A DNA stretch of 63,934 nucleotides, filler included, from Octopus bimaculoides (GCF_001194135.2; 6 parts of 6 records of this genome joined end to end with filler, not necessarily neighbours in it), one strand, 5' to 3'; shown: positions 42,411 through 55,892, counted from the whole stretch's first letter. Numbers and translations are program-made. The notes: generated by a model from the sequence alone, not told the origin.

Positions 42411-43226
42411 GCTTGTTTAAAAATCATCAACCATGTTGATTATTTTTTGAACGTATAAATCATCATCCAAATGACTCAAAATTACTATTTGGTGTGCTGG
42501 TGCCTTCTTAAGACCACCAGACGCCAACAGAAATAAATAGAATGCCAAAACATGGTTTTTGACTGACAAATACATATTCAACTGCAACAAAACCAAAATC
42601 GAGCCCCATGATAAATATAAATATATAAATATCTATTGGTGGGGGGATGTGTATGAATTTATGTTACAAGATTCCTGATGAGAAACCGTGTAATGAAATA
42701 GATGTTGTATTTCGGGATGGTCATTTTTTTTCCAAATAAACACACGCACTATACATTCGTTCTTCACTTGTTTATTACTCATGTCCATTGTCCGGAAATC
42801 TTTCGTTAAACATCTGTGACCTCTTTAGTGAAACTTTTCGTCCTCTTGTGTGCTCTTGCTCAGCTTAGTTCATTCTATTCTTCTATGATTCTTATATGCG
42901 CATGTCTTTGCGTTTGTAATGGTGTGTGTGTATGCATATGTGTGTTTGTATATGCGTGCGTGTCGTTGTCATATATATATATATAATAACATAAATAATA
43001 TATAAATATATGGATATATCCATACTATCCATACATATATGTACATACCTACATCTATATGTATACATACACGCATATATGGGTACAGAACATAAAAAAA
43101 AACGTTAAACACAATGAGAAACGAAAACATAAAAACGAAAACAGAACACGAACTATTTTCGAACAACGAAAAAAAAAACAAACAGGGAAACGAGACATGC
43201 AACATAAAGAATATTTNNNNNNNNNN

Positions 43227-43419
43227 TATGTGACCGCGTGTGTATCGTTGGCGATATTCTTTCTCTTTTATCGTAGGCAAACATTAGACACTTCTTAAGC
43301 ATAAACCTAAGACGGCAAATTTTGCATTGGATCACACTCCGTAATCGTCTGAAAAGTCTGTCATAATCCAAACGAAAGTCCTAACCCTTGCACCGAATCA
43401 ACTCCGGTATACTCCTTAA
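43227..43419 (+). repeat. Dispersed copy of the 44212-44835 duplicated unit
   Basis: tatgtgaccgcgtgtgtatcg...ccggtatactcctta is identical to 44331-44522 and 44643-44834. Confidence 0.95.
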
Positions 43420-43966
43420 AGGACAATGCGCGACTTCGCTGGAACAGTCCTTCCCGGAAAGCAAATTAAATAAAATTTGGAATTTTTTTGTGGAGGGTGA
43501 AAGTGTAAACAAGAACAGGACAGTGGGAACACGACAATAAAAGACAGTAAAAACAAGACAAGACAGTGAAAAAAAACGGTAAGGGCTGTTAGGCCATGAC
43601 GATAGAAAAATTATCATTTTGAACGCTTAGCTCGCTTTCAGCTACGTATACATTTATCTGGAGCTTTTGTAGCATTTTGAAGGTCTCGGCACTTCAAGCA
43701 TGCAGCAGATAGGTTGTTTTCGCCCTTGCTCCCTTCATATAATTATGTATATTATTATTAATTTAATGTATAAATTTTGATAGCATGCTGACTACCTGAT
43801 AGAAATCATTAACGTGATTTTAATCCTTATATTCTATTATGAATTAATAATTAAAATAAAATAATTTAATTATATTTACTCCTGACTGGAATAGCATTTA
43901 CTGCTTGGCTTTTCTTATATATACACATTTATATACATATATATATGTATATATATGCGTGTGTAT

Positions 43967-44029
<63 letters not shown>

Positions 44030-44076
44030 TGTACACGTACACACATAGATATACATATATATATACAAAATTAAGA

Positions 44077-44204
44077 GGAATGACCACCAAAAGTAGACTC
44101 CTAATATGCTAAAGTTAGACGTCAAATCGCCTTACTATGAAGAGTGGTAAGGCGATTTGACGTCTATATTTAGCATATTAGGAGTCCACTTTGGTGGTCA
44201 ATCC
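44077..44204. repeat. Long inverted repeat (59/58-nt arms, 11-nt loop)
   Basis: Arms 44077-44135 and 44147-44204 differ by 4 mismatches and 1 indel. Confidence 0.95.
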
Positions 44205-44211
44205 ACTTAAT

Positions 44212-44835
44212 TTTGTATGTAATATAATTTTTAATCGTCGGGTTTTTAAATATGCAAACCAGTGGTTTCCATTGATTAATATTAATTTCTACCCACTTTT
44301 TCTTCACCCATTCCCTTCCGGTCATTTCAATATGTGACCGCGTGTGTATCGTTGGCGATATTCTTTCTCTTTTATCGTAGGCAAACATTAGACACTTCTT
44401 AAGCATAAACCTAAGACGGCAAATTTTGCATTGGATCACACTCCGTAATCGTCTGAAAAGTCTGTCATAATCCAAACGAAAGTCCTAACCCTTGCACCGA
44501 ATCAACTCCGGTATACTCCTTAGNNNNNNNNNNNNNNNNNNNNNNNNNNNNNNNNNNNNNNNNNNNNNNNNNNNNNNNNNNNNNNNNNNNNNNNNNNNNN
44601 NNNNNCACTTTTTCTTCACCCATTCCCTTCCGGTCATTTCAATATGTGACCGCGTGTGTATCGTTGGCGATATTCTTTCTCTTTTATCGTAGGCAAACAT
44701 TAGACACTTCTTAAGCATAAACCTAAGACGGCAAATTTTGCATTGGATCACACTCCGTAATCGTCTGAAAAGTCTGTCATAATCCAAACGAAAGTCCTAA
44801 CCCTTGCACCGAATCAACTCCGGTATACTCCTTAG
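44212..44835 (+). repeat. 312-bp tandem duplication (second copy partly N)
   Basis: cactttttcttcaccc at 44294 and 44606; the 82-N gap fits the missing part of the unit. Confidence 0.8.
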
Positions 44836-45228
44836 TAATTAGTGCCTATAATATGAAGAGTAAATTTGTTTGTTTTTTTTTAACTAATTTGTGTCTTCAG
44901 AAAGTCGTCGGTATTTCCTAACATTTTACTGTCGACTGTACAACGATTAACTCTTGTATTTTCATTATTTATCATTTAAAATGGCTTTCACCTTGAAATA
45001 CTTCATGTTTATATGGTCGAAATTATGTCAAGCATATTAATATTAGAAGTAGATTAAACTACACTCTTAAGATATTCGATTACAAATAAACGTTAATTTA
45101 CATTAGACAGTCTACAAATACCGATCTAAAATCGATATGTACGTACATAGAAATCTCCGCTGAAAATGAATCGCTCCCTTATGATAAAAAGGTTACAGAT
45201 ATGTACACGAGCATATTGTGTGTGGTGT

Positions 45229-45276
<48 letters not shown>

Positions 45277-45339
45277 TGTGTGTGTATACGTAACTCTAAG
45301 TATATACACACACACGCACGCATGCACACACACACACGC

Positions 45340-45390
<51 letters not shown>

Positions 45391-45739
45391 TTTCATAATG
45401 TAGCAAATCGAGTAGCCCAAATGTTTGTATGAGTCATGGTGCTGCATACACATGGTGAGCCACAGTCTTATTGAATGCAGAGAATTCAATCTCCATATTT
45501 TGCTTATCCGGCTATTATGTTCTTTAATAACGTACTCCTCGTTAGGAGTCTCGTCAAAAGATATGTTTTTATCTACCCTAGTTACCTGAAACATCCTTCA
45601 TCAGATATAGGAGAAAGAGTTAAATTATTAATAGAGACGCTGCTTGTCTGTTTTATAGTTTTCCTTTATTTCACAACCATATTGGAACATTATTCTAACC
45701 AAACTCCAACCCTATATCCTTTGAGAAAGCTGTAACTAG

Positions 45740-46800
45740 GTGAAGGCTCTTTTTTCATCTCATGCATATTTCTTGCATACAACTTCAAGTCATCCACAAA
45801 AAAGTTATATGTTATCTTGTTGTTTCTGTCTTTCTATCTAAACCAATGTGATCCTCTTCAGACATCTTCAGCATAAATTGCAAAGGCTTTACAGAAAGTA
45901 TAAACAGCATCACAAAGAGGCTGTCTCCTTGGAATATACTTCTGCAATCCTGCATTTTATCAGTGATAATACAGTCACTCCTTACCTTTAACTTCAAGAT
46001 GATGGCCCAAGATAAAATCAGGTCGGCTGTGGCTTTGATTATGCTCTCTGAAAATTTAGCAAGTCGAAGAGTTTCTAGTATCCATAATTGGGAGGCAGAG
46101 TCAAAGGTTTTTTTGTAGTCCATCCACATTGAAACCGGGTCCTTCCTATTGCACCGCTCCTCTGATATTACCATTCTGTTTATCAACAATTATTCACGTT
46201 CCCAAATTTCTTTCTTCCCAGCTGTTCTGTTCTGCTGTGATGATATTATTACTTATATAATGGTCTTGGAAAAATAGGTTTAAACATGCTGTATATTTTA
46301 TACATTAAAGACTGTTATTCAGTTAGCCGGTAGTTTTTTGCCATCTGTCTAGTTATGCTTTCGGGATTCAGTTTTGTCTCTGCCAGAGCTAACAACCGTG
46401 GTATGCTACTATTTCCATCGAGAGTTTCCTGGCACAGATTGATAAGGTATAGTCGGTAGAAGGTTAGCCTCTTGTATCACTATCCAACAATTGGGTTTCT
46501 TCCTGGTGTTTTTCCATGGTGAAGCTTATGAATTACAATCACATGGGTATCACCACCGATGCCGTATATCTTGAGTGTAATGCAGGGACAACAATTACTT
46601 GAAAACATTCCAGCCATAAAGTATCTAGATTAAACTCCGCTTCACGCCTAATTTTTCTCCAAGCGGAGTCTGTTTTCTCGGGATGGGGCTTCTACAATAT
46701 TTACTGCTTCACCTCTCTTGTCTCTGTACACTGTTGTTTGATTCCGGTTAAATATTCTGCCTATTATGTTGTCGTTGGGGAGAGTCATATTGTCTTAATA
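45740..46800 (-). mobile_element. R4/Dong-type LINE RT relic
   Basis: WMDYKKTFDS...WILETLRL...IFQGDSLFVMLFILSVKPL, then DDLKLYAR. Confidence 0.88.
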
Positions 46801-47479
46801 CCTTATTATTTAACACACTCACTGGTTCCATTTCCACTCATTTATTATTTATATTTTTAAGCACCGTTCATGCATTGCTTTGCGGTAGCAGACAGCATAT
46901 AAACATGCGTTAATCTACCGAGGTGAAGGTACATTACCTTGCTGTAAGAACTCCTCTCGAATTTCGTTAACACCTCTTAAAAGAGTTTCTGGTGGAGTTT
47001 TTGTTTGTTTGTTTTGTTTTGTCTTTGTTTTGTTTTGTTTTATACATCAGTAAATGATATTCTCTGAAAGAGAGTATTTCAAAGCCAAAATTATATTTTT
47101 CTAGAAAAATCTTATCAGGGACATATTTCTCCGATACATCCTTCACCAATGATACAGCCATTATCAAGGTTGTGCCTGCTATCATAGTAGTAGTGTAACA
47201 GGGATCGTTTGCCTCAATCTGAAATGTAGTTTGGTTGACTGGCCGGCAGTATAGTATCTGTTGGAATGTAACTAACTGTGAAACCACGTTGTTCTATTAT
47301 CGTTCACACGTTTGTTTATATTATTTGGATAAAACTTTATTTCACCTCTTTTTGTTTGTTAACGTAATTGTTTCTCAGTAAAATGATTTAGTTCTTGGTG
47401 TAGATCGGCACAATATCCGTTCAATCTATTGATATATTACCTGTTTCTCTTGCACCTTCCGCTTTTCCAAGTCTCACGA

Positions 47480-47700
47480 CGCATCCATCAGTCCATCAAT
47501 TATTTATTTATTTCGGCATGTTTCACAGAGTCCTAGCACATTGCATTTGATTTAATTTTATTTTCCATTTGATGGGTCATTCTCGTTCTCCCTGCCAAAG
47601 AATGGCAGTTGTAGGTACATATGGCAACGGTTGTTGTCCGATTCCTCGATGGCCTTTGGGTACCTGAGATTTTTAGCAGCCTCTGCTCGCTCGGATTTTG
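47480..47700 (-). mobile_element. RTE-type LINE 5' fragment (start of AP endonuclease)
   Basis: TTVAICTYNCHSLAG...NKIKSNAMC fits the APE motif I (ICTYNxRSL). Confidence 0.65.
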
Positions 47701-48414
47701 TCTCTGACATGAAGCGGTCCGATTGACCCGCAGGATACTGAGGTTCATTTACTTGTATTGTTTTATCCTTGAAGATAAAGCCATCCGCAGATTTGAGAGC
47801 GGAACAGGTCATTTGTTACGTGTTCGGTTAAGCTAGCTTCCAACCTCTAGCTAATAGACTACATGTTCGCTTCCGTGAAGCAGTCTTTCCGTAGGGTCCG
47901 TAGCCTGGTTTTGTTTTGCTCTTGTATCAGTTACCATAGTCTCAGACAGAGCCAAACCTTATAAATAAATCTCTCTAGACTCGACAGGGACTGTTCGGAA
48001 ATCCGTTTCTGTATGAAATTTAGATCAAAGGTACATGACTGGGGAATATTCAGCCACTAACACATAAATTCAGCGATTAGTTGATCAAACAGCTAAACAT
48101 TTATAGTCGAAACCGACGAAAACCCCTTTACTTTTACCTTAATTTATTTATACGTGTGTGTTTGGTAGTTTTTTTAAATTTACTCTTCTGCAGTATATTT
48201 AGTATTTTTTCTGTCATGGGACATTGTACTCAAGTCTAAGAGATTTCGACTGAGTTGATAAAACTATTACTTGAAGGAAAGACAGGGCGCGGTCAATAAG
48301 ATAAATTATATCGGTTAAAGAATGTCATTCAGATGTCTCCCGGTATGGCTTGCAGTCACAATGAATGATGCCCGTAAATGAAAATATCGATGCACTCACA
48401 TACATACACAACCA

Positions 48415-48527
<113 letters not shown>

Positions 48528-48648
48528 ATACGTATAAATACATATATAGATAGATATATATACATATATGTATATACATACATACATATATGTATATACA
48601 TACATACATATATACATATATATACATATATATATATGCGTGTATATA

Positions 48649-48689
<41 letters not shown>

Positions 48690-48699
48690 NNNNNNNNNN

Positions 48700-48743
<44 letters not shown>

Positions 48744-48783
48744 ACGGGAACCTAACGACAATAACAACAATAAGCTAGCTAGC

Positions 48784-48825
<42 letters not shown>

Positions 48826-49102
48826 CATACATACATACATACATACATACATACATACATACATACATACATAGACGTGTGCGCACAAATACGCACAAAA
48901 GCAAATATAAACAGACAGCTATGCCAAGAGATCTCTTCCACATTATCTTAATACATGTTCCAATTTATCTTCTACTCACCAATTTTTCCCCCAAATGTGT
49001 TAAGTGTCCTCTGATTTCCTCCTTTAATTCTCATTTCTCTCTCTCTCTCTCTCTCTCATATATAAGTGTGTGTGTGTGTATTTGTATATTTGTGTGTATA
49101 TG

Positions 49103-49134
<32 letters not shown>

Positions 49135-49160
49135 TGTATGCATGTATGTATATGCACGTA

Positions 49161-49577
49161 GGCACAGGCGTCGCTGTGTGGTAATAAGCTTGCTTACCAA
49201 CCACATGGTTCCAGGCTCAGTCCCACTCGTGGCACCTTAGGCTAGTAGCTTCTACTATAGCCTCGGGCCGACCAAAGCCTTGTGAGTGGATTTGGTAGAC
49301 GGAAGCTGAAAGAAGCCTGTCGTGTATATATATATATATATATATATATAAAGTATTTTTGTGCGTATGTACCTGTTTGTCCCCACCCACCATTGCTTGA
49401 CAACCAGTGTTGGTATGTTTAAGTCCCCGTAATCTAGCGGATCGGCAATAGAGACCGATAGAATAAGTACTAGGCTTACAAAGAATAAGTCCTGGGGTCG
49501 ATTTGTTCGACTAAAGGTTGTGCTACAGCATGGCCGCAGTCAAATGACTGAAACAAATAAAAGAATAAAAGAATAAA
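49161..49577 (+). mobile_element. Full-length tRNA-SINE family A (octopus OK/OR-like)
   Basis: A-box gctgtgtggtaa, B-box-like ggctcagtccc, CORE-like caccttaggctagt, internal (TA)n, tail ...catggccgcagtcaaatgactgaaaca(aataaaag)n. Confidence 0.9.
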
Positions 49578-50967
49578 CATGTACATATATACATACATTT
49601 GTGTGTGTGTATATATATATATATATATAGGAGAATATACGAAAAAACAACAACAGACGAGGACAGGTGGTGTAAATAACAAAAGGATGTATTAGTACAT
49701 GCATACATACATATATACATACATACACCCATAGATATATCCCTCTAAATTGTGTGTATGTGTGTGTGTATGGTGTTTGTGGATTTAACGCGAGTATCTA
49801 TGTACGTATGTCCTAAGTAATTTAGAATCAAACTCACTCACACACTCACACACACACACACTCACACACACACACGCACACACACACACACAGATTCCCG
49901 CCACGATTTCCAATCGCTGTCACCTCATGTCCTCCACACCCTCACCACACTATCACAGCCAGCCTCACAGACTCCACCAATCTAACAGCAGCACGCCACG
50001 TTCAACAACAAAACCACAACAATCAACACAGCCGCCGCCACCACCACCACCAACTTCACTGCTTACTACAACCCTTACAACCGTTGCCACTGCGGCAACA
50101 ACGCACCACCACCACCACCACCACAATTACTACCGTCACAACTACCATTCTAACCATTAGAATCACGATAGCCACAACAGCGCTTAACAATGAATAACAA
50201 TAGGAAGCCTTTCACTTGGTTTCTACTTTGTTATTTGTACCACATTCTGTCTGTTATATATTTACTATGCCAGTGTTTCAGTGAGAGATATGATAAATCT
50301 ATCACTATTTATTATTATTGTCGAGACTACATCTATCACTTAGTCCTGCAATCGGAAACCAGCATGTGTTGTTTTTTTCATTTGCTTGTTGCTTGTTTTG
50401 CTTTCTGGCGACACACCCACATGTTCTTGTTGTTCTTGTTCTTGTTCTTATTATAGTTCTTGTTGTTGTTGAGAGAACTAGTTGCCAATCATTTATAATG
50501 TTCTTGATGTTGTGACTGTCTTCGTTGATTTTATTTAGCTTCAGCTGAGTTTTGAATTAGCAAGCTTTGATCAAAGACATTCTGAATATGAATTTTCTGG
50601 CCTCAACTTCTTTAATTTTTTTTTATTTTCAGTCAACGTTCCACAGTTTTGTTAGGAACATTTTATCATGTGTGTCTGTTTTTCAAGACGAAGTATGTTG
50701 TGAAGGAGACTTGACGATGCTTTCTAGCATATCAATCGATACAGTAAATTATACTCACAATTGAGCCTTCTTTGTTGGCTCTGCTGTGTGTATATTGCTG
50801 TTCTTAGGTCCACATTCCTGATCAAGTAATTCTGTGGCAGGCAAATAGTCAACGATTCATATATCCATCTTCCCAATTATCCATATCATCGCCTAGCTGA
50901 GGAGAGTAATGACATACAACGTTGGGGCATATAAGGTGCAGTATGACAGTTTGAACATATGGTTTCA

Positions 50968-51570
50968 ATTTTGGCACAAGGCTATCAGGTTCGGAGATAG
51001 CGAGGTAAGTCGATTACAAGGACCCTAGTGCTCAACTGGTACTTAGTTTATGGAGACCGAAATGGTGAAAGGCAAAGTTGATCTCGTTAGTATTTGAACT
51101 CAGAACTTAAAGACGGACGAAATGTCGCTGAGCAGTTTGCCCGGCCTGCTAACGATTCTTTTCTACTCTTGGCAAAAGGCCCGAAATTTTTGGGAGACGG
51201 CCAGTCGATTAGATCGACCCCAGTACGCAACTGGTATTTAATCTATCGACCCCGAAAAGATGAAAGGCAAAATCGACCTCGGCGGAATTTGAACTCAGAA
51301 CGTAAAGACAGACGAAATACCGCTAAGCATTTCGCCCAGCGCGCTAACGATTTTTTTCTTTTCTACTCTAGTCACAAGGCCCGAAATTTTGTGGGAGAGA
51401 GCCAGTGGAATAAATCGACCCCAGTACGCAACTGGTATTTAATTTATCGACTCCGAAAAGATGAAAGGCAAAGTCGACTTCGGCGGAATTTGAACTCAGA
51501 ACGTAAAGACAGACGAAATACTGCTAAGCATTTCGCCCGGCGTGCTAGCGATTCTGCCAACTCGCTGCCT
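50968..51570 (-). mobile_element. Three head-to-tail tRNA-SINE family B copies
   Basis: Units of about 190-215 bp joined at 51160 and 51352; only the rightmost retains the full head (...tctgccaactcgctgcct). Confidence 0.92.
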
Positions 51571-51850
51571 CACAGTTTGGACAAATTGCACCCATTTCAC
51601 TGTCTATTTTGCTTCAGAACAATTGTGGATCTTGTTACTGGTCCCTGCGGAGAAGGGCAATGTGCATTCAGTCTGAGTGTGGCAGATGCTGCTTCTTTTT
51701 GCATATTATCAGTGGTTAGCATCTGGCTAGACTATTTGAGGTTTTATAAGTTTATCAATGTTACGGTTCTAACTCGCCTTCAGTAGCTCTCTTTCCCGTG
51801 CACGCCCTCTCTCTCTTCTCTCCCTCTCTCTCTTTCTCTCATCTTCTCTC

Positions 51851-51922
<72 letters not shown>

Positions 51923-52299
51923 ACTCACTCTCTCTCTGCGTGCGTGTGTGTTTTACTATATTTACCCCCGACTGAATGGGAGAGAGTGTTTTAGTATGTT
52001 ATATTAATTGCTCTGGAATATTGTAAATATATCCGCATACTTGGAGGTAGATTCTTTGGAGTCACAAGTACTGTGGCTGTAATATCTCCAATACAACAGC
52101 AGCAAATTCCCCCTTTGAATATATAGATTGTCTTTAAGTCTTTCAATATTTCAATATCGCTCTGTAGTAGCTTTCAAATGTAGTTTGTGTACAACATAGG
52201 TGCACTAGGAGTACAAATAGTATAGTGAGCTGGTTTTGTTCTTTGAAGTTTATTGTTTTGTTATGAAGAGTCATGAGGAATCTGATATATTGTTTGTGC

Positions 52300-53100
52300 A
52301 ACATGTATTTTTTTTTTTTCGTTTTTTTTTTTCTTTGGCCAAACGTGCTTTAAGTGTGTTTTTGAAGGCTACCTAACTAAAGATTGAAAATATTCTGTGT
52401 AAGTTCGGGTACTTATTGCCTTCAATTCGGAGAACTTCAGGTTCTTAAAGTCCTATTATTGTACACACTGTCTGATTGGCTGTCTGAGACGTAGTTTGCT
52501 CATCCGTGTTTTGTGTTAGCTTGCTTTCATAATATCAATAGCACTTATTGAGTTGTCTTTAAGAGATTTTCCTTCTTTTTTCTTGTTGAAGCATTCATGT
52601 ATTTTCTGTGTTATTTAAGTGACGAGTGGAGTAATTGGATGTATTTGTTTTGTCCAGTCCCAAGACGTGGGAATATAACAGTTTCAGTACATAATGTTGT
52701 AGATGTTATCAGCAGTATTTCTTGACCAATTGTAACCTATGGACCCCTTTCATTTCTACTTTATTTGGATAGAACCTCGTAGCCATTCAATGTTTAAAAA
52801 TCATATATTTTCATAATTTCATATTAGGAAGTGTGTATTGTAGAAGTATAACCAATTCATCACATATAAATTTTAACAAAATCTTGCATGGATCCCCAAG
52901 ATACATACAGAACTATAAGAGTCATATCGAATCTCATGGGTCATATGGACGCCGGTCGATAATCACTGCCCTAGGTGATTCATGTTTATGGTTTATAATT
53001 TACCTGCCCTTGCTGGTTTTTAAGGTTTAGCTTTCCTTCGGAGTGTTTATTACAGAGATTTTGTCAAAGCGTGGTATAGGTTGAAAGTGTGTACTTATTG
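52300..53100 (-). mobile_element. Very old LINE RT relic
   Basis: Scattered minus-strand motifs DYRPASI, SRNTADNIYNI and LRT*SSP, in the expected order. Confidence 0.35.
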
Positions 53101-53260
53101 GTTTCTCAGATTCAGATATTTTTGTGTGTGTATTTAAGATTGATTTTCGAGCAGAGTCTAAGTGCGTTTACTTGGTGTTGTAGTCTAGGTAGATCATTTG
53201 TAATTCGTATACAGACATGGAATGAAGTGTGACTGTTGTTGTTAACAATGCCAATTACTT

Positions 53261-53319
<59 letters not shown>

Positions 53320-53419
53320 NNNNNNNNNNNNNNNNNNNNNNNNNNNNNNNNNNNNNNNNNNNNTTAATTAATTAANNNNNNNNNNNNNNNNNNNNNNNNN
53401 NNNNNNNNNNNNNNNNNNN
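53320..53419. other. Artificial gap spacer N44-TTAATTAATTAA-N44
   Basis: Same 100-bp structure; lies immediately 5' of the first visible exon. Confidence 0.95.
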
Positions 53420-53443
53420 TCTTTGTTTATTTCTTGCCCCCAG

Positions 53444-53692
53444 GTTCTCTTGATGCTTTAGATTACGGCCTTAACAACAAGAACATCAATGTGGTGAACG
53501 CCAGAAACGAGACTCTATTGCATTCCTTGGTACAAACTGAAGTTGAAGATGTTCAGTTTTACATAAAAGTTGTCAAACTGTTGCTGAGGAAAGGGATTAA
53601 AAAATCACTGAAAGACTCCCAAGGTCGAAAGGCAGAGGATCTCGTCTCCATTTTAAAGCTGCCGGGAGCACTTCTCAAAGTGGAAAATATCA
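53444..53692 (+). CDS. Ankyrin/TPR-repeat protein, first visible exon (ankyrin repeat)
   Basis: Acceptor tttcttgcccccag|G, donor CA|GTAAGA, 249 bp, phase 1-1. Translation NINVVNARNETLLHSLVQ...KVVKLLLRKGIKKSLKDSQGRKAEDL fits the ankyrin consensus. Confidence 0.88.
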
Positions 53693-53856
53693 GTAAGATA
53701 TACAGTTTGATTTCCTTCCATCGTGTTCTTGCTGTCTTTGTCATTCTCATCACAGTCATTATTGCTTACACCACCACAATAGCCATCATCATCACCTGGA
53801 GGAGGAGACCCCCTTCAGTCATGAATAACCATGGGATTGCACCTAGAAAGTTACCC

Positions 53857-54374
53857 TCCCATGAAATCTGGCTTTGTGCAGCCCCTGGCAAACAGTTTTT
53901 TGTGGAAACTGGGTTCTCGAGGTGGTCATGAAGCTCTGCAGTAATTTTGGGATCTCTACTTTTGAGATCCTGTCTAACAATTTACATAAGAGTCCGATGG
54001 TCCCTATCTGAAAGTTTTGGTTTCCTTCTGGAGTTTTGTTTCGACGAGGAGATTTTTCCCTCTTTCTCAAAGGCTGTCATTACTTTCGAGACAATACTTC
54101 TTGATACAGCAAACATTTCAGCTGTTTTCATTATGCTAGCGCCTGCCATACGAGCACCAACAATTTGACCTCTTTGAAAGTCCGATAGATCTGTCATTTT
54201 AATGAATTTTAATGACCTTTTTCTGATGACACCTGCAAAGAAACAGAAATTTTAGTAAAACATATTAAGCAACACTAACAATAAATAAAAAAAAATAATA
54301 AACATGTTTTTGACAGTTTTATAAATATTTCAAAGTTATGATGCTAGGGGTTTCTATTATTTTGTCCAACCCCT

Positions 54375-54377
<3 letters not shown>
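53857..54377 (-). mobile_element. Tc1-type transposon, left TIR plus transposase N-terminus
   Basis: TA-caggggttggacaaaataatagaaacccc TIR. MTDLSDFQRGQIVGARMAGAS...RKPKLSDRDHRTL (paired-like HTH), continuing KITAELHDHLENPVSTKTV. Confidence 0.92.
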
Positions 54378-54421
<44 letters not shown>

Positions 54422-54429
54422 TATACAGT

Positions 54430-54590
54430 AGCCTGCAACATGGTTGTGCAGTTAACAAGTTTGCTTTTCAACTTCATGGTTTCAGATTCTCTCCTACTGT
54501 TTAACTCTTTGGCAAATGTCCCCTACTGTAGCACCAGGGTCACCAAAACCTTTTCAATTGCTGTTTGTAATCAATGTTCAACATCATACA
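54430..54590 (+). mobile_element. tRNA-SINE family A head (degenerate)
   Basis: tggttgtgcagttaacaagtttgct...catggtttcagattc...ttggcaaatgtcccctactgtagc. Confidence 0.6.
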
Positions 54591-54740
54591 AGTAGTGATG
54601 TTTGTTTGCAGTTTTTTCCTGAGAAACATGTCCATGTTTGGGAGTGGCAGATTATTAACGTTTATTGTATACAGGTGAAGGTTGGCAATAGGAAGAATAT
54701 CAGCTTGTGGAAATTCTAGTTCTATGAATCTTGTCTGACT

Positions 54741-54789
<49 letters not shown>

Positions 54790-54899
54790 TATGTGTCTTT
54801 GTGACTATTCGTATGGACACACATATGGATACACGCATTCACACCCAGTACTTTCATATAGCACACGCACTTGTAAAATTAGATATTTGTTCTCTGTAG

Positions 54900-55150
54900 A
54901 TTGCTGCAACGATCTTGGAAATGTGATGGATGAAGTAAAGAAGCTGAAGTCAACTCGTAACAAACAGCTTTTGGCATCTTACTGTACCATTGGCATGTAT
55001 ATGCTGTTAGAAACAAAGGCCACACTATCGAAATCAAAGCAAGTGGTGGAATTTTGTACAACAAGTGCAACGGTGGCCTTTGCATTAGGACTTACAGAAA
55101 CTGCAGAACATGATTTGGCTCATGCGATATACTGGTGTAGTTCAGTGCAG
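54900..55150 (+). CDS. Ankyrin/TPR-repeat protein, exon 2 (helical linker)
   Basis: Acceptor ttctctgtag|A, donor CAG|GTTTCA, phase 1-0, joins exon 1 and exon 3 in frame. CCNDLGNVMDEVKKLK...HAIYWCSSVQ. Confidence 0.82.
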
Positions 55151-55274
55151 GTTTCAAGAACTTTCTCCATTTTTTAACTCTTTTCTTTCTCTTTTGTTTC
55201 TCTTTTTTGTCCTTTCTTTGTCCAAGAATACTTTTGCCTCTTTTTTTTTGGTTATTTTGTTTTTGTATTTTACA

Positions 55275-55375
55275 TTGCGGGTGTGGCTGTGTGGTTAAGA
55301 ATCTTGCATCCCAACTTTGTGGTCCTTGGTTCAATCCCACTGTTGAGCACCTTGGCCAACTGTCTTCTACTGTAA
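55275..55375 (+). mobile_element. tRNA-SINE family A head
   Basis: gtgtggctgtgtggttaaga...ggttcaatcccact...caccttggccaactgtcttctactgta. Confidence 0.75.
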
Positions 55376-55892
55376 CGATCATTATGTGTATATATATAAA
55401 TACACACACATACTGCATTTAATGGCATGTAAGACACTTTTTCCCTGCCAAATATCTCAATCATCCTGGGTCCTATATGCTAAGCTTGGCCTATATTACA
55501 TGATTTAATGTTCTAAAAACTATTTTTCTTGAATAAGCACTGCTGAAATTTAGAGTGCACCTGAAATATGCTGTGGCAATCTGTGTGCAGCCTGCTGCTG
55601 CTTGTGGAACTCCAAAACGCACAAATGTGCATCTAGCATTCTTGCCTCTACTGCTGGATAAATTTCATATTTGTGTTATTTAACATACTACTGCTGTAAG
55701 AGATACTATCTCTGGATGAATATCATGGTTAATTTGGTTTTCTGTGATGTATTTACATTGATTATGATACACAGATGACTGTCTATTTGTTTCCTTTCTT
55801 CTAGCTCCTCCCTAGTTTTTAACCTTTTATTAATTTATGTTGATTTTTATCTGAATTTTCTCTTTTTAACATTCCTCTGTTTTATTTCTAAG

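Noticed and set aside
42670-42705. CTGATGAG...GAAA hammerhead-like core (also CTGACGAG near 9050 and CTGATGAG near 31572)
   Set aside because: No stem II pairing and no cleavage-site/stem I complement.
49161-49240. tRNA genes at A/B-box motifs (also 24982, 32560, 51500)
   Set aside because: All continue into SINE bodies; no complete cloverleaf is visible.
50633-50741. Candidate upstream exon (strong acceptor, STFHSFVRNILSC...)
   Set aside because: Available donors give phase 0 whereas exon 1 needs phase 1; no recognisable motif, and a gap intervenes.
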